A stretch of DNA of 64,000 nt from Octopus vulgaris (lineage: Eukaryota): assembly GCA_951406725.2 (NCBI GenBank), contig OX597825.1, positions 25,854,001 to 25,918,000 of the forward strand, in the 5' to 3' direction. The translations under genes were made by a program, and so were the position numbers. Within the stretch, counting starts at the first letter, position 1; each line of letters starts with the position of its first letter. The notes beneath the pieces are model-generated. The model searched no databases, was not told the origin of the DNA, and worked only from the letters and a program-made list of their open reading frames with translations. Positions 40,645 to 54,262 of this stretch are shown here, piece after piece.

Positions 40645-42211
40645 TAAAGGTATATAATTGAATAGCGACATAACGGACTACAGTTAATATTTCCGGGACT
40701 TCAACAGAAATCGTCTTCAACAGGAATTTAAATCGGTTCGTGATACAATACTTCTTAAAGGGAAAATGTTTGCAATAGCATTAACTAACTGAAAATATAT
40801 ATTCATGAAGCTATGCTGTAATGAAGTTAAAATTCTCAATACTAACAGTAAGTCATTTCAGGAAGAAATCATAAGTTATATGTTTATAAAAAAAAAAAAT
40901 GATTAATTTATCTTCAGTTTACATGATTAAAATTCATGTTATAGCAAATGCTTAATCAAACTCTTGAAGTGAATCCAAATATTTTGCCAGCTGAATAAAT
41001 TTAGAGCAAGATTAACAAATTTGTTCCTCAAAATTACATTTGTACATTACATTAGAAACGAAATGTCTTTTTTCCCCCTCATATGCCTTTTAGTATTTTA
41101 CTATATTCATACTTTACTGCTTACATGTTTATTTCATTCGTGTTATACTACATCAATCTATATTTCTTCAATTTCGTACATTTTCTAGAAAACCGTATAC
41201 CGATATATATTTAAACGACTTCGTGATATTTTAAAACTATGTTTTCATAATTAGCATTGAATTTCATAAATATATTTACCGCAAAAACGTTAAATACATG
41301 CATGAAATTATCAATATGTAAATTTTTAGCAGTCATGTTCCGCATAAGTCTAACAACTTGGCGCCTTTAACATAGGCATGCGTGATCCCCTTACGAATAT
41401 TTCATACAATGTCAAAAGGTTATAAATATGCATAAAATATATTGTATACCTTGCTTAATGATTCTTGAGGATCGCTTCTATTTCTTGCTTTTGCATAATA
41501 ATAACGATTGCTAATTTTCTCAGATATAACCCTTAATTTTAGAGCAACATACAGCCGGATAAATCATATCTAATATTTGTCTGATACTTTATTTTATGGA
41601 CCCCAGAAGGGGTCTTACAACAGTAAGATATAAGCCCAGAGCATGACGAAAGGAGCATGATTAAATATCACAAAGTATTTAGAGGCACCTTTACAGGTTC
41701 TGGTAATAAAGTGTTTTGTAATAATATTGATTATAAATTTATTTAATACTGTATTATGTCAATTTATGTGGTGTGTGAGAACACCAAAACAGATGCAGAT
41801 ATTTAAGCCTACATTATGTGGGACTAGAAGAATAACAAGGAATTTGCTTTTAATGCCTTTGCGCAATCATTTGTGTGTGGCATGTTCCCAATTTCCCTAT
41901 CACCCATGTGTTCACACATTCTTCCTTTTGACGATTATTTCTTGCCTCATATTTTATTGTTCTTTTTTGTCTCCTTTTCTGTCAAACCAACGCATTAGAT
42001 CCTGTTGCTAGATAAACCAAATTCTTCTTCTTCTTCTTCTTCTTCTTCTTCTTCTTCTTCTTCTTCTTCTTCTTCTTCTTCTTCTTCTTCTTCTTCTTCT
42101 TCTTCTTCTTCTCCTTCATCTCCTCCTCACCAGACCACCAACACCACCAACACCACCAACACCACCACTACCATGGCCGCCGCTGCCGCCAACACCACCA
42201 CCACCACCATG

Positions 42212-42252
<41 letters not shown>

Positions 42253-42515
42253 CGTCGTTATTATCATCATCTTCATCATCATTCTTCTTTTTCTTCTTCT
42301 TCTTATTCTTATTATTATTGCGGTGAACGGGCATTTCTTCCGGCTCTTTACGTTCTGGGTTCAAATGCCGCCGAATTCGACATTGTTTTACATCCTTTCA
42401 AGGTCGATGAAATTCGTACCAGACAAATACTCGGATCGATAAAGTAGAATAGGTTTTCAACTCCTAAAATATCCGATCTTCTACCTATAGTTGAAAGAGC
42501 CATTATTATACTCAT

Positions 42516-42918
42516 TACTCTTTTACTTGTTTCAGTCATCTGACTGCGGTCATGCTGGAGCACCGCCTTTAATGGAGCAACTCGACCCCGGGACTTATTC
42601 TTTTGTAAGCCCACTACTTATTCTATTGGTCTCTTTTTGCCGAACCGCTAAGTAACGGGGACATAAACACACCAGCATCGGTTGTCAAGCAATGCTAGGG
42701 GGACAAACACAGACACACAAACACACACAGGCATATATATATATATACATATATACGATGGGCTTCTTTCAGTTTCCGTCTACCAAATCCACTCACAAGG
42801 CTTTGGACGGCCCGAGGCTATAGTAGAAGACACTTGCTCAAGGTGCCGCGCAGTGGGACTGAACCCAGAACCATGTGGTTGGTAAACAAGTTACTTACCA
42901 CACAGCCACTTCTGCGCT
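42516..42918 (-). mobile_element. SINE family A
   Basis: Full head-to-tail match to the 30530 copy in reverse orientation. Confidence 0.88.
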
Positions 42919-43545
42919 ATTTTTATTCTGATCGTTGCCAGTTTTCCTTGATATCGGATAGATAACAAATTACTGCCGAGTGACAACCAGTAATCTAGAA
43001 CGGCGCAATGTTATTGTCAAGCAAAACCTCCATCTCTGACGGGTTTCGATGTTTGGCTCAAGCAATAACAGCGATGAAAAACTGGTATTCAGAAACCCGG
43101 CAGATGCGTATCTATTTTCCATCATTTGTGTTATGCCTCTCCAAATTTTATTACTTTTGTAATCTTCTGTACTGACAGCTGACACCATTCTGCTCATGCA
43201 TCCAAGCTTACATCCAAGCTGAATAGAATATTTAAGCAAGGTTTAAAATGTTTATAATCCTGTGTTTAAAATGTTTCAAGCTATGTTCAAAATGTTTCAC
43301 GCTTACGTTTCTTCTTGTTTTCGAACACACACACACACAAAGACACACACAGACACACACACATACACACAGACACACAGACACACACAAACACACACAT
43401 ACACACACATACACAGACACACACAGACACACACACACATGTAAAGGAATTGTCCTATTAATGATTGCTTGATTTTAAAAGAGACAAACTATTGCTGATA
43501 CAAAACTGATAACACAGAAATAGCTCTTTTAATTAGAGCCAACTC

Positions 43546-43947
43546 TCCTTTACTCTTTTACTTGTTTCAGTCATTTGACTGCGGTCATGCTGGAGCACCA
43601 CCTTTAGTCGAGCAAATCGACCCCAGGACTTATACTTTGTAAGCCTAATACTTATTCTATCAGTGTCTTTTGCTGAACCGCCAAGTTACGGGGATGTAAA
43701 CACACCACCATCAGTTGTCAAGCTATGTTGGGGTGGGGGGCGAAGACAGACACACAAACACACACACATATATATATACATATACATATATACAACGGGC
43801 TTCTTTCAGTTTCCGTCTAACAAATCCACTCACAAGGCTTTGGTCGGCCCGAGGCTATAGTAGAAGACACTTGCCCAAGATGCCACACAGTGGGACTGAA
43901 CCCGGAACCATGTGGCTGGTAAGTAAGCTACTTACCACACAGCCACT
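43546..43947 (-). mobile_element. SINE family A
   Basis: ctcttttacttgtttcagtcatttgactgcgg...cttaccacacagccact. Confidence 0.88.
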
Positions 43948-44931
43948 AAACATTACATATAACTGTACACATTACACTAAAGAGAACAAGTCTCGCAAAA
44001 ACGCTTGTATTTTGAAAGAATGAAAGTTCAATGTAAATCGATGAGAAAGATAATCTGTTGGTAGTTATGATTTTACTAAGATAAAAAGATCATTACGTAA
44101 TCATTAACAAGGCAATATCAACAATACGCAGATCATTGCATCAACTAGAACTTAATTATATCAATAAATTCTACTAAATTTCCTCCAATCCTCTCCTTAA
44201 CAGAATTTTGAACTTGTGATTTAAGGGTAGAGACAAGCTCTGGCTAGAATAAGAACGAATATAATACGTAATATCGAAGATTTCAACTGTGTATAATGAT
44301 AAAAACATTGTGAAATACTATTCAACGTAAAGCAGTACGTTCATTGAGATGTTGTATACTTTTTGAGACGTTGTATACTGATTGAATTGCTAAAAATGTG
44401 AATAGCTCTTCTCATATTTATGTTTTCTTCTTTGCATGGCCAATTTCTAGCAAGTCAGATTTAATATGTTGAAGAATAAATGCTAACATAACATTCAACA
44501 TCAAGTCTTCTAGCAGTAAGCTGTCTTCAATCGTTTCAATAAACATTCGAGTCAATTTAAAAGATCATTACTTACATTAAATAGGTTTGTAAACAATAAT
44601 ATCTCTTGAGAGATATCAAAAGTCTATTAATTACTCATCAAAATTATATATAATTCAAGATTAGAGGCTAATGTACTGTTATTAAGATACGTCCAGTTAT
44701 TAAGATGATTTCATTTTAGCGTATAGAAAGGAAAACTCTAATGAATCTATGAAAAAAGGAAAAGAATGATGACAGCAAATATAAATCATTAATTAACAAT
44801 GACAATATGTGAAACGTAAATCAAATTTGAATTGCTCTGGACATTAAGAGAGTGTTGTGAATGATGGCTTTACATAAAATATTATTTTATAGGTTGGCTT
44901 TACATAAAATATTATTTTATAAGGTTGAGAA

Positions 44932-45410
<479 letters not shown>

Positions 45411-45590
45411 TATATATATATATATATATAAAAATTCAAATTACGATGAACGTAAACAAACGAATTTTGCTTTAGAAGCGTTGAGGTGTTTTAGAAAGAA
45501 GCGATTTTAAATTCTCAAACGCCGGATAATGCTAATAACATAGCCTGAACAGGATAAACTACCCCTATTTTGCAAATAAAAGTGTTGGCG

Positions 45591-45665
45591 GCCGGCTATG
45601 AGACTCGAAGTCACACCTCCGTGATTACGCGCAGCGGTGCTCTGAACCAACTAATCTAAACCGCA
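45591..45665 (-). pseudogene. tRNA-like sequence (Thr-CGT-like) between direct repeats of about 140 bp
   Basis: Reverse complement gcggtttagattagttggttcagagcaccg..cgtaatcacggaggtgtgacttcgagtctcatagccggc; partial cloverleaf. Confidence 0.55.
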
Positions 45666-45964
45666 CAACACCACAAATTCTTCCGCAAGTTTAAGATATA
45701 TATAGATCTCGCTTTATGAGACGTTATCATGCGTTAAATTCAAATTACTATGAATGCAAAGAAACAAACGAAGTTTGCTTTTGGAGCGTTGAGATGTCTA
45801 AGAAAGTTGAAGAAGTAATTTTAAATTCTCATATGCAGGATAATGCTAATGATATAGTCTGAACAGGATAAGCTACCCCTATAGATAGATATAGATATGT
45901 ATATATGTATGTGAGAGCGTGTAAAGACACACACACATATATATATATATATGTATCTGAGGAG

Positions 45965-46935
45965 GAAAAATTTGGGCGCAGAATCTTAGAATAGCCTTAA
46001 GTACTGAATCTGGTAAAGTACAGAAGAAACAATACCGAAATGAAGGCACAAAGCGTTAAAATATTCCTGTGTATTGTAACTAGAAAGTACAGGACAAAAA
46101 GAGAGAAAAAGCTAAAATATTGCTGCTGAAATTAGAACTTAAAAACTAACATAGTAATAAGTGCCAATTTATATTTTTTAACTTTTACATAAAAATTTAG
46201 AAACAAACTCGAGAAGCTATTTATTTTCAATTTTTGTGAAAAGACTAATTGTCTACAAGTTTAAACATAAAGTATTGATATTAGAAATCTATGTACTTTA
46301 AAAATCGCATAATTGCAATTTAAGCAAAATTGACAATGTATTACAAACCCCAAGTTTTTTTTTTTAATAGAGTGTCATTTCCACATTTTGCACTCAATTT
46401 GTTCATTAGCTTTAATTTTTTAAAAATATTCTCCTGACTGGAAATAGAAAATAGTCCGTTATCTGATAATGAAAACTTTAATGTAATGACTTCTTTTGTT
46501 TCTTAAAAGTTTTATTTTAGTATTTTTTATTATTTTGAATTACATATATTCTACATGAGTTTAGTTTTATAACAATATCTGTGATTTGAAAGTTTTGGAT
46601 AATGGTTTTTTTTAAGAAAATAAAATTAAAAATATGATATGATGCTAAAAATAAAACAGAAATGTTTTAGACTAATACGAAGAAATTTTTAAATAAGAAT
46701 TATAACTTAATGAAAATAATTTGCAATAAAAACCAAAAATAACATTTAAAATGAAAACCAAACAAGTACACACACTATTTGATGAACAATTCCAGAAATA
46801 TAATCTCAGCAGCAATATTTTAAGTTTTATCTCTTGACCCGTACTTTGCCAATTTGCCAACTTAATTACTACTTGTTCTCTACTATTCAAGGTTCTATAT
46901 TAAGGAATCTCTAGGATTCTACGCCCGCATTTTTC
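45965..46935. mobile_element. AT-rich non-autonomous DNA transposon with imperfect TIRs
   Basis: gaaaaatttgggcgcagaatcttagaatagccttaa pairs with ttaaggaatctctaggattctacgcccgcatttttc. Confidence 0.6.
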
Positions 46936-47574
46936 ACTGTAGTGCACTTTTTTTCCAGGAATCATTTCTGTTATAGTTAATTTTATTTATCTTCATAATA
47001 GAAAAGAATGATGTTCTTGTAAATATTGTTTTAAATAAAGGTTTTGTTCAAACTTAGAAACTTTTTTCACCTAAAAATAACAAAAGAGTAATAGCAACAC
47101 ATCCGTTACAAATAAATATAAATTAACAAATTTTGTCTTAAAATAATGTTATGCTCTAATTGAATAATCAATAATTTTCTTTTTTTAATGAGTAAAATTT
47201 TTTCTTGATATACTTTTAATACCTAAATATTTTAATACATAAACAGAATAACAAAAGTTAATATAAAATCGCAAAATATCGTAATTTAACACATATTATA
47301 TATACACAACCTACTAAAAGGTCGAGATACATGCCATACCTTTCGATAATATGGTCGATGAACTGCTTATAAAACCCTCATAAATTAGGTTATCACACAC
47401 TCACATCGAAGGTAGTCATCCCTATATATACTAGAAACAACTTAATCTACCCGAGAATAGTGAAAGCTGATGATAATCCCGGGGCGAAACTCAAAGTAGA
47501 CTGTCAAAGTGCACGCCCACATACATATACATATAATATATACATACACGCACACAAACGCACACATATATAGT

Positions 47575-47730
47575 TGAAATTTATAGAAAAACAAAAAACG
47601 AAGACAGTTTCATAAACAACAAGCAAGTGCATTAGTTTCACGCTCGGGAAAAATGAAAAAAAATAGACTTTTACGTTTCCAGCCTACGACCGTCAACAGA
47701 AATGAATAAGAGAAAATCGAGAGAGAAGTC
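47575..47730 (-). mobile_element. Family D terminus, degenerate
   Basis: Reverse complement ttctgttgacggtcgtaggctggaaacgtaaaag plus the shared tail. Confidence 0.65.
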
Positions 47731-48207
47731 CCACATGGCATACACATATATGCATGCATATATGTATACATATCAACTTATATACACACATATATATGGT
47801 ACTTGTCTAGTCTACTCCTTATGCAGAGTCTGACCATTCCTTGTACCTACACGTTAGATTCATCATAGCTTCTTAAGTGGCTTTTTTTTGAGCTGCAGTT
47901 AATTTCTTATCTTAGTGTACCTTAAAATGTCTTTTAGGCCTCCGTTAAAATTGTAGACCTTGTGGCATAAACAATATTGAAATGTGTGCACAGATATACA
48001 GCAAAATAGCTGGTGGAGGTTCGTATTTCATGGGTCCGTAAATGAGATTCGATACCAGGAAAAGCAAGGCATGACTTGTCACAAACTGCATGCCAAAAGG
48101 TCACCGAGCCTCACCTTCTCGATCGCAACATTCTTCTTTAAATCTCTTTTGAGTCTTGCATGTTTTATCCTGGGCTCCTCAAACGCTTTCACTGTACTAC
48201 ACACTTT

Positions 48208-48270
<63 letters not shown>

Positions 48271-48561
48271 ATATTATTATTATTTATAATAATGTCAGTG
48301 GCTTAGCATGTGTCAAAAACAGGAAAACATTGTGAATTAATAATTAAGGGTACTAAGAAGCAGTATCGGCATGCTAATTGCAGCAGTAAAAAGGACCAGA
48401 CCACAAATTTTAACTTCAACACATAGGTGAAATCGGGAAAATGAATAGAAATCCTAAATCACCGTACAAATGATGAAAATAATCGAAATTGAAAAAGCAA
48501 GACATACCTGTATCACCGTGATTATATATACTCACATATATACTCGCATATGACATATATA

Positions 48562-48920
48562 CTTGTATATGACTGCGGCCATATTGGGACACTGTCTTCT
48601 TTAACGAATTTTTAGTCGAACGAATCGGCACCACCCCTTGTTGTAAGCCTTGTTCTTCTATTAGCCAAACTGCTGAATTGCGGAGACGTAAACAAACCAG
48701 CACCGGTTGTCAAGTGGTGTGGTGAAGGGACAGACACAGACACCAAGAGAAACACACATATATACAACGGGCTTCTTCCACTTTACATCTCCGAAATGCA
48801 CACACAAGGCTTTTTTCAACCGAGGATATATTTAGAAAATATTAGCTCAAGGTACCACTCCTTGGGACTGAAACCGGAACTATATGGCTGGGAATCAACT
48901 TTCTTACTACACAGCCACAT
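48562..48920 (-). mobile_element. SINE family A, degenerate
   Basis: tgactgcggccat...ggttgtcaag...tgggactgaaacc...cacagccac. Confidence 0.75.
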
Positions 48921-49674
48921 ATATCTCCACGTGTACTATACATCTTATTATATTACTCCCATCATTCTAATTCGTACAAATCTATTGTTGTCTGACTTTT
49001 GTAACGTTAATTTATAGTTCATGTTATAGTACGGTTTCTGTTTAAGTGTAATTTCTGATATTCTATAGTTTTGGATATATGTGTTAAAGTATGTAATTCT
49101 TGCGTTACTTACTCCAAAACATCTTGTAATCTGAAATCATAGAATATGAATACATTTTCCTACAATAATCTATTCTGCATTTTTTTATAACAAATTTATT
49201 TCTTTTTCATACCTCTCAAGAGATATTATTGCAAATAAACATATGTCTCTTAACCTGCGTATAAACAAATTTCTCTTAACAGAAGATATTCGAATATGTA
49301 TATGCATATTTGATGAGACTTAAAAAAAGCTGATTTGCTGCTCGCGTGTTTGACATGTGTTGTCTACTTAACACTTCATATATTTATATATTAAGAGGTT
49401 AGTCTTACTACTTAATTTAGCTTTAATAAATATTCTGCGAGTAAAAAAAAAAATAAACTCATAATTTCATTTATGTAGTTATATGCCAAAACATATGCGT
49501 ATTCTCAAAGTACTAGATACTTCAAGTAAAAAGAACATAACGAAAGCTTTCCAGATGTACAACTAACTTCATATTGGCCTGTTTATCAATTCATTATTAG
49601 CGGCAGAAGTAGTATTTGTTCAAAATTAGCGATCTGTATATAATTAGTATGTGTGTATGTGTGTATGTATATGT

Positions 49675-49830
49675 TTGTCTCCTTGTTTTTTTTCTGTGTC
49701 CCTTTCTATAGAAGAGCGTAGGCTCGAAACATAAAATACTTTTTTTCTGTTCCTGAGCGTTATACTAATAGATCTGTTTCTTTTGTACACCACCTGTCTT
49801 CGTCTTTTCTTTTTTCGTAAACTCTTCCTA
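49675..49830 (+). mobile_element. Family D terminus
   Basis: Closely matches 445-590. Confidence 0.75.
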
Positions 49831-50044
49831 TATATATATATATATTTATATATATACATATATATATATATATAAAGTGTATACCGTTACGAACGTATTA
49901 GAGTACAAAATAGAGCTCGTTCATCCGTAGAATTACAAAATAGCCTGTGGTATTCGAAGTCTAGGCTTAGGCATTCATCGTGGGTGAAAAATAAAAATTG
50001 ACTAGAGTCAACAGAAAGGAGTACGTTTAGACAACTATTTAATA

Positions 50045-50150
50045 AACACTACACATGTTTCAATGCAACATAAATCCACATGCACACATGACTTAAATTA
50101 AGCAACGGTTTACCTGTATAATGGGATCCAGTTGTATCTCCTCAGGTGAT
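50045..50150 (-). ncRNA. Type I hammerhead motif with large stem II insertion
   Basis: Reverse complement: atcac-CTGAGGA-gatacaa..(long loop)..ttgcatt-GAAA-catgt-GTA-gtgtt. Confidence 0.6.
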
Positions 50151-50317
50151 ATATAATCGCTGTCTCCCGTAAGTATATCTTTGAGTTGGATGTTAACGCA
50201 TCCAACTGCTTCTAAACTACTTTATTCGTCTCAAGAGAGCATCTTTTGTAGATGTAAATAGCTAAAAGCACAGACACAATATGGATGTCCAATGTTTATT
50301 TCTTAAAAGCTCTAACT

Positions 50318-50728
50318 ACCTATTTTTTACTACCCACAAGGGGCTAAACACAGAGAGGACAAACAAGAACAGACACACGGATTAAGTCGATTATATCGAC
50401 TCCAGTGCGTAACTGGTACTTATTTAATCGACCCCGAAAGGATGAAAGGTAGAGTCGACCTCGGCGGAATTTGAACTCACAACGTAGCGGCAGACGAAAT
50501 ACCTATTTCTTTATTACCCCGAAGGGGCTAAAGACAGAGAGGACAAACAAGCACAGACACACGAATTAAGTCGATTATATCGACTCCAGTGCGTAACTGG
50601 TACTTATTTAATCGACCCCGAAAGGATGAAAGGTAAAGTCGACCTCGGTGGAATTTGAACTCAGAACGTAGCGGCAGACGAAATACCGCGAAGCATTTCG
50701 CCCAGCGTGCTAACGTTTCTGCCAGCTC
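50318..50728 (-). mobile_element. SINE family C with duplicated body
   Basis: Two bodies of about 180 bp joined at gaaataccta|tttcttta. Confidence 0.9.
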
Positions 50729-50732
50729 GTAC

Positions 50733-50781
<49 letters not shown>

Positions 50782-52209
50782 CTGTGTGTGTGCGTGCGTG
50801 CGTGCGTGTATTTATGTATGTATGTATGGATGGATGGATGGATGGATGGATGGGTGGATGGATGATTGAAAACCAGTTATTGATATAACTCAGATCTAAT
50901 GCAACTAAATGGACTTTGGTGAAGCTACTTGCAAACGATAACAACAATAAAAGCAAGAACAACAACAACAACTACAAGAATATTAATAATCACTATAAAA
51001 GCAACAACCAGTTTATAACTACGATTACTTGGGTATAATTTATTTAATGGTGTGCTGTGTATTGAAATTTATAATCATTATCACGCAAGTAGAACATTAT
51101 CGTTTTAGTATGCAAATTAAGTCTATGCATAACTTTCATGTTCATTATTTCGAATTGCCTCATCGGTGAAATATTTTCGTAACAGGCAAAGGTTCGGTGA
51201 CGAGGTGCAATAAGGTTGAAAGGTACACCAGTTTGAACCATAGCTATCAAATTTCAGGATCAATCCTAGTTGCATATCTTGATATACTTTTAATATACTT
51301 CACGTAAATAGTGAATACTCTGGCATGACCCACTTTATAAGAGTTACCATTAAAGCTAGTGGTTTTATTTGTGGCATCATTGAAGCATTTCGATTAGCTA
51401 AAAATTTATTTAATTTCTCATAGCATTGTGTTTGCCAGCTTGTATTTATTTTTAATGCAGAAGCATTCCAAGAAGACTTAGAAATCCCATTACTATAAAA
51501 TAAAGTATATTCAGTAATTGCGTTCAATTAATTGAATGACAAAAATCATGACTCTGAACATAAAAACTTGAGATGTATAGCTAACTTTAAACATTGTCCT
51601 CACTATTATAAAAAAATATGTAACCTTACAAGATACCAAAATAATTGGGGGTAACAACTTTCAAAAATTATAAAAAGTTGAAAAATTTAAAAGCTATAGA
51701 GTTTTTTCATCTGGTAGACGTCATCCCTACAGCTACCAACATTTTCGAAATCGAGTTTTCTCAAACATCTCCAAAGAATTATGCATGACCTGAGCAGTGA
51801 AGAAACTATGTTTGTAACAAAGAAACAATGATGATGATAATCTATTTTGTTCCAATATATATATATTGTTCGAAGTAAATATTGTTTTTTTTTATATATT
51901 TCATATTAATGCTTTACTATTATGCATGCATATACATCCATCCATCCGTCCACCCATCCATCCGTCCATCCATCCATCCATCCATCCATCCATCCATCCA
52001 TCCATCCATCCATACATACATACTTATATACATGCACACACAGACACACACACACACACACATACGAACTAGAACAGAAGGATAATGATTTTTATCAGGC
52101 AGTCAGCATGAAGTAAAGATTTGTAGGTAATTTATATATTAAATTAATAATTACACATAAATACATATATATATATATATATATATGTGTATATATGTTT
52201 GTGGGTGTG

Positions 52210-52249
<40 letters not shown>

Positions 52250-52998
52250 ATTATATCAAGGGAGCAGGGCGACCTGTCTTCAACATGCTTAAACAAATGC
52301 CGAGGCACTAAGAAACTACCGAAAATTTCCAAAAAGACAAAGGTCGTGGCTAAGTAAGTGAAAAAATACTAAAAACGACTTCACGTTAATTGTGAATTCG
52401 GGCCAATTTCTGGATTAAAGCTATAAAATGCTTTTTATCTTCGTAAACACAATACACGAGAAATATATAAATAATTATACACACCTTTACAACGTGGATT
52501 CGCACGTCTACATGCAAGTACTTTCACGTATACAGCAATGATAAGTCAGATTCATAATTTTTATAGACAACCACGTGTATAGTATCAAAATAGCTCCGCA
52601 CAAAATGCGATATTAATCAGGGGTAAAAATATTATTTTATTTCTTCATTCATAAAATCACTTTAATGAATTTTATCAGGTAGTCAGCATGAAATATGAAA
52701 TTAAAATTTATAGGTAATTTATATATATATATATATAATTGTATTAAGGGAGCAGGGCGACAGGTCTCTTGCATAATTAAGTATATATATATTTCCGAAT
52801 TTGTGTAAATGTGTATAGAATAATATATCAATTGAATAAAGTTACAACATTGTCTGGTTTTCACGTCTTTTATTGTTGTATTTAAAAAGAAATTGCAATG
52901 TTGAAGTGAGTTAAACAATAAAAAGAATATTTAGTAATGTTCATTAAGTTCAATTAACATTTCATACGTTCGCAGTAATCATCAGATTTCAAAATGTA

Positions 52999-53200
52999 TT
53001 GACTGACAGTTGAGTTGAGTACTTGACAATTGTAATAAAATAACTGACTTCACCTTTTTTATACCTATACATACATACATACATACATACATACATTTTA
53101 TATATGTATATATATGTATGTATGTATGTATAAGGTATAAAAATGATGAAGTCAGTTATTTTATTACAATTATCAAGTACCCAACGCAACTGTCAGTCAA
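52999..53200. repeat. Fold-back element with arms of about 90 bp and a microsatellite centre
   Basis: ttgactgacagttg..taactgacttca..(tatac)n pairs with (gtat)n..tgaagtcagtta..caactgtcagtcaa. Confidence 0.85.
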
Positions 53201-53205
53201 GACAT

Positions 53206-53268
<63 letters not shown>

Positions 53269-54049
53269 AACATTAATTTGAGTGATGTTTCTCTGTCCGT
53301 TACGTTTTATGTTCGTTAACTCCTCATAGACCATTGGTGCAAGGACAACAAACTCAAACCAGCAACTTCCCTAATCCCAGGGTATGTCCTAAAGGGTTTA
53401 TTTTTTTTTAAGGGCCGCCTAATTGGGGAACCTCTTATCCTCCCTATTTTTACCGCATTTTAAACTAAATACATGGAAATGACAGTGAATTTCATGTCAT
53501 GAACTCCCAGGGAGTATCGTTAGGATGTTCAATTTCTGAAGGCCTGCTTAAATGGAACTCCACTGACTCCCCTACTTTTTACTACAGTTACCTCGCTCCT
53601 ACGCCTATTGAGTAAACTATGATCAGCACATTTGAAGAAATAAGTTTCATTTCAGAAGGGTAGAGGGCCGCGAAGCAGCCCTATAGTGAGGCCGAAAGTC
53701 TCAAATGTGCCCTCCGTAGGAGCTAGCCTGAATGCCGCCCGAAAGGTTCCATCAAGATATAGCGTCAACGGAAAACAGGTATGAGGGAAAATGGAGCCCA
53801 GCCATGCTGGCTGACTTCTGCTGGAACATGAAGCGTGACACACATGAGACGTCTTATAAATGAAGAAGTAAATACTAAAATGTAAGTTAATACATTATAT
53901 AATGCTAACAAACACACCAATGCATTATATATTTATGATTTAATTACAATGGACATATTTCTTCTGACTTTGGGAGCAAAATAAATTTGTGGTATCGTGG
54001 AAATTGATATAAATTGCGTAGTTATTAAGTCGGTAATTTACAAGAAAAT

Positions 54050-54262
54050 ATTTTCTATTCTAGGCATAAGGTTCGAAGTTTTGGTGGAGGGAGGCACTCG
54101 ATTAGATTGACCCCAGTACGCAACTGGTACTTAATTTATCGACGCCGAAAAGATGAAAGGCAAAGTCAACCTCGGCGGAATTTGAACTCAGAACGTAAAG
54201 ACACACGAAATACCGCTAAGCATTTCGCCCGGCGTGCTAACCTTTCTGCCAGCTCACGCCTT
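54050..54262 (-). mobile_element. SINE family C with 16-bp target-site duplication
   Basis: taatttacaagaaaat at 54034-54049 and 54263-54278. Confidence 0.9.

Noticed and set aside
43030-43110. Inverted gaaacccg(t/g)cag motifs resembling hammerhead 3' halves
   Set aside because: No intact CUGANGA core or stem I partner on either strand.
46050-46900. Mitochondrial insertion suggested by extreme AT content
   Set aside because: No recognisable mitochondrial gene or rRNA motif; better explained as the interior of a TIR element.
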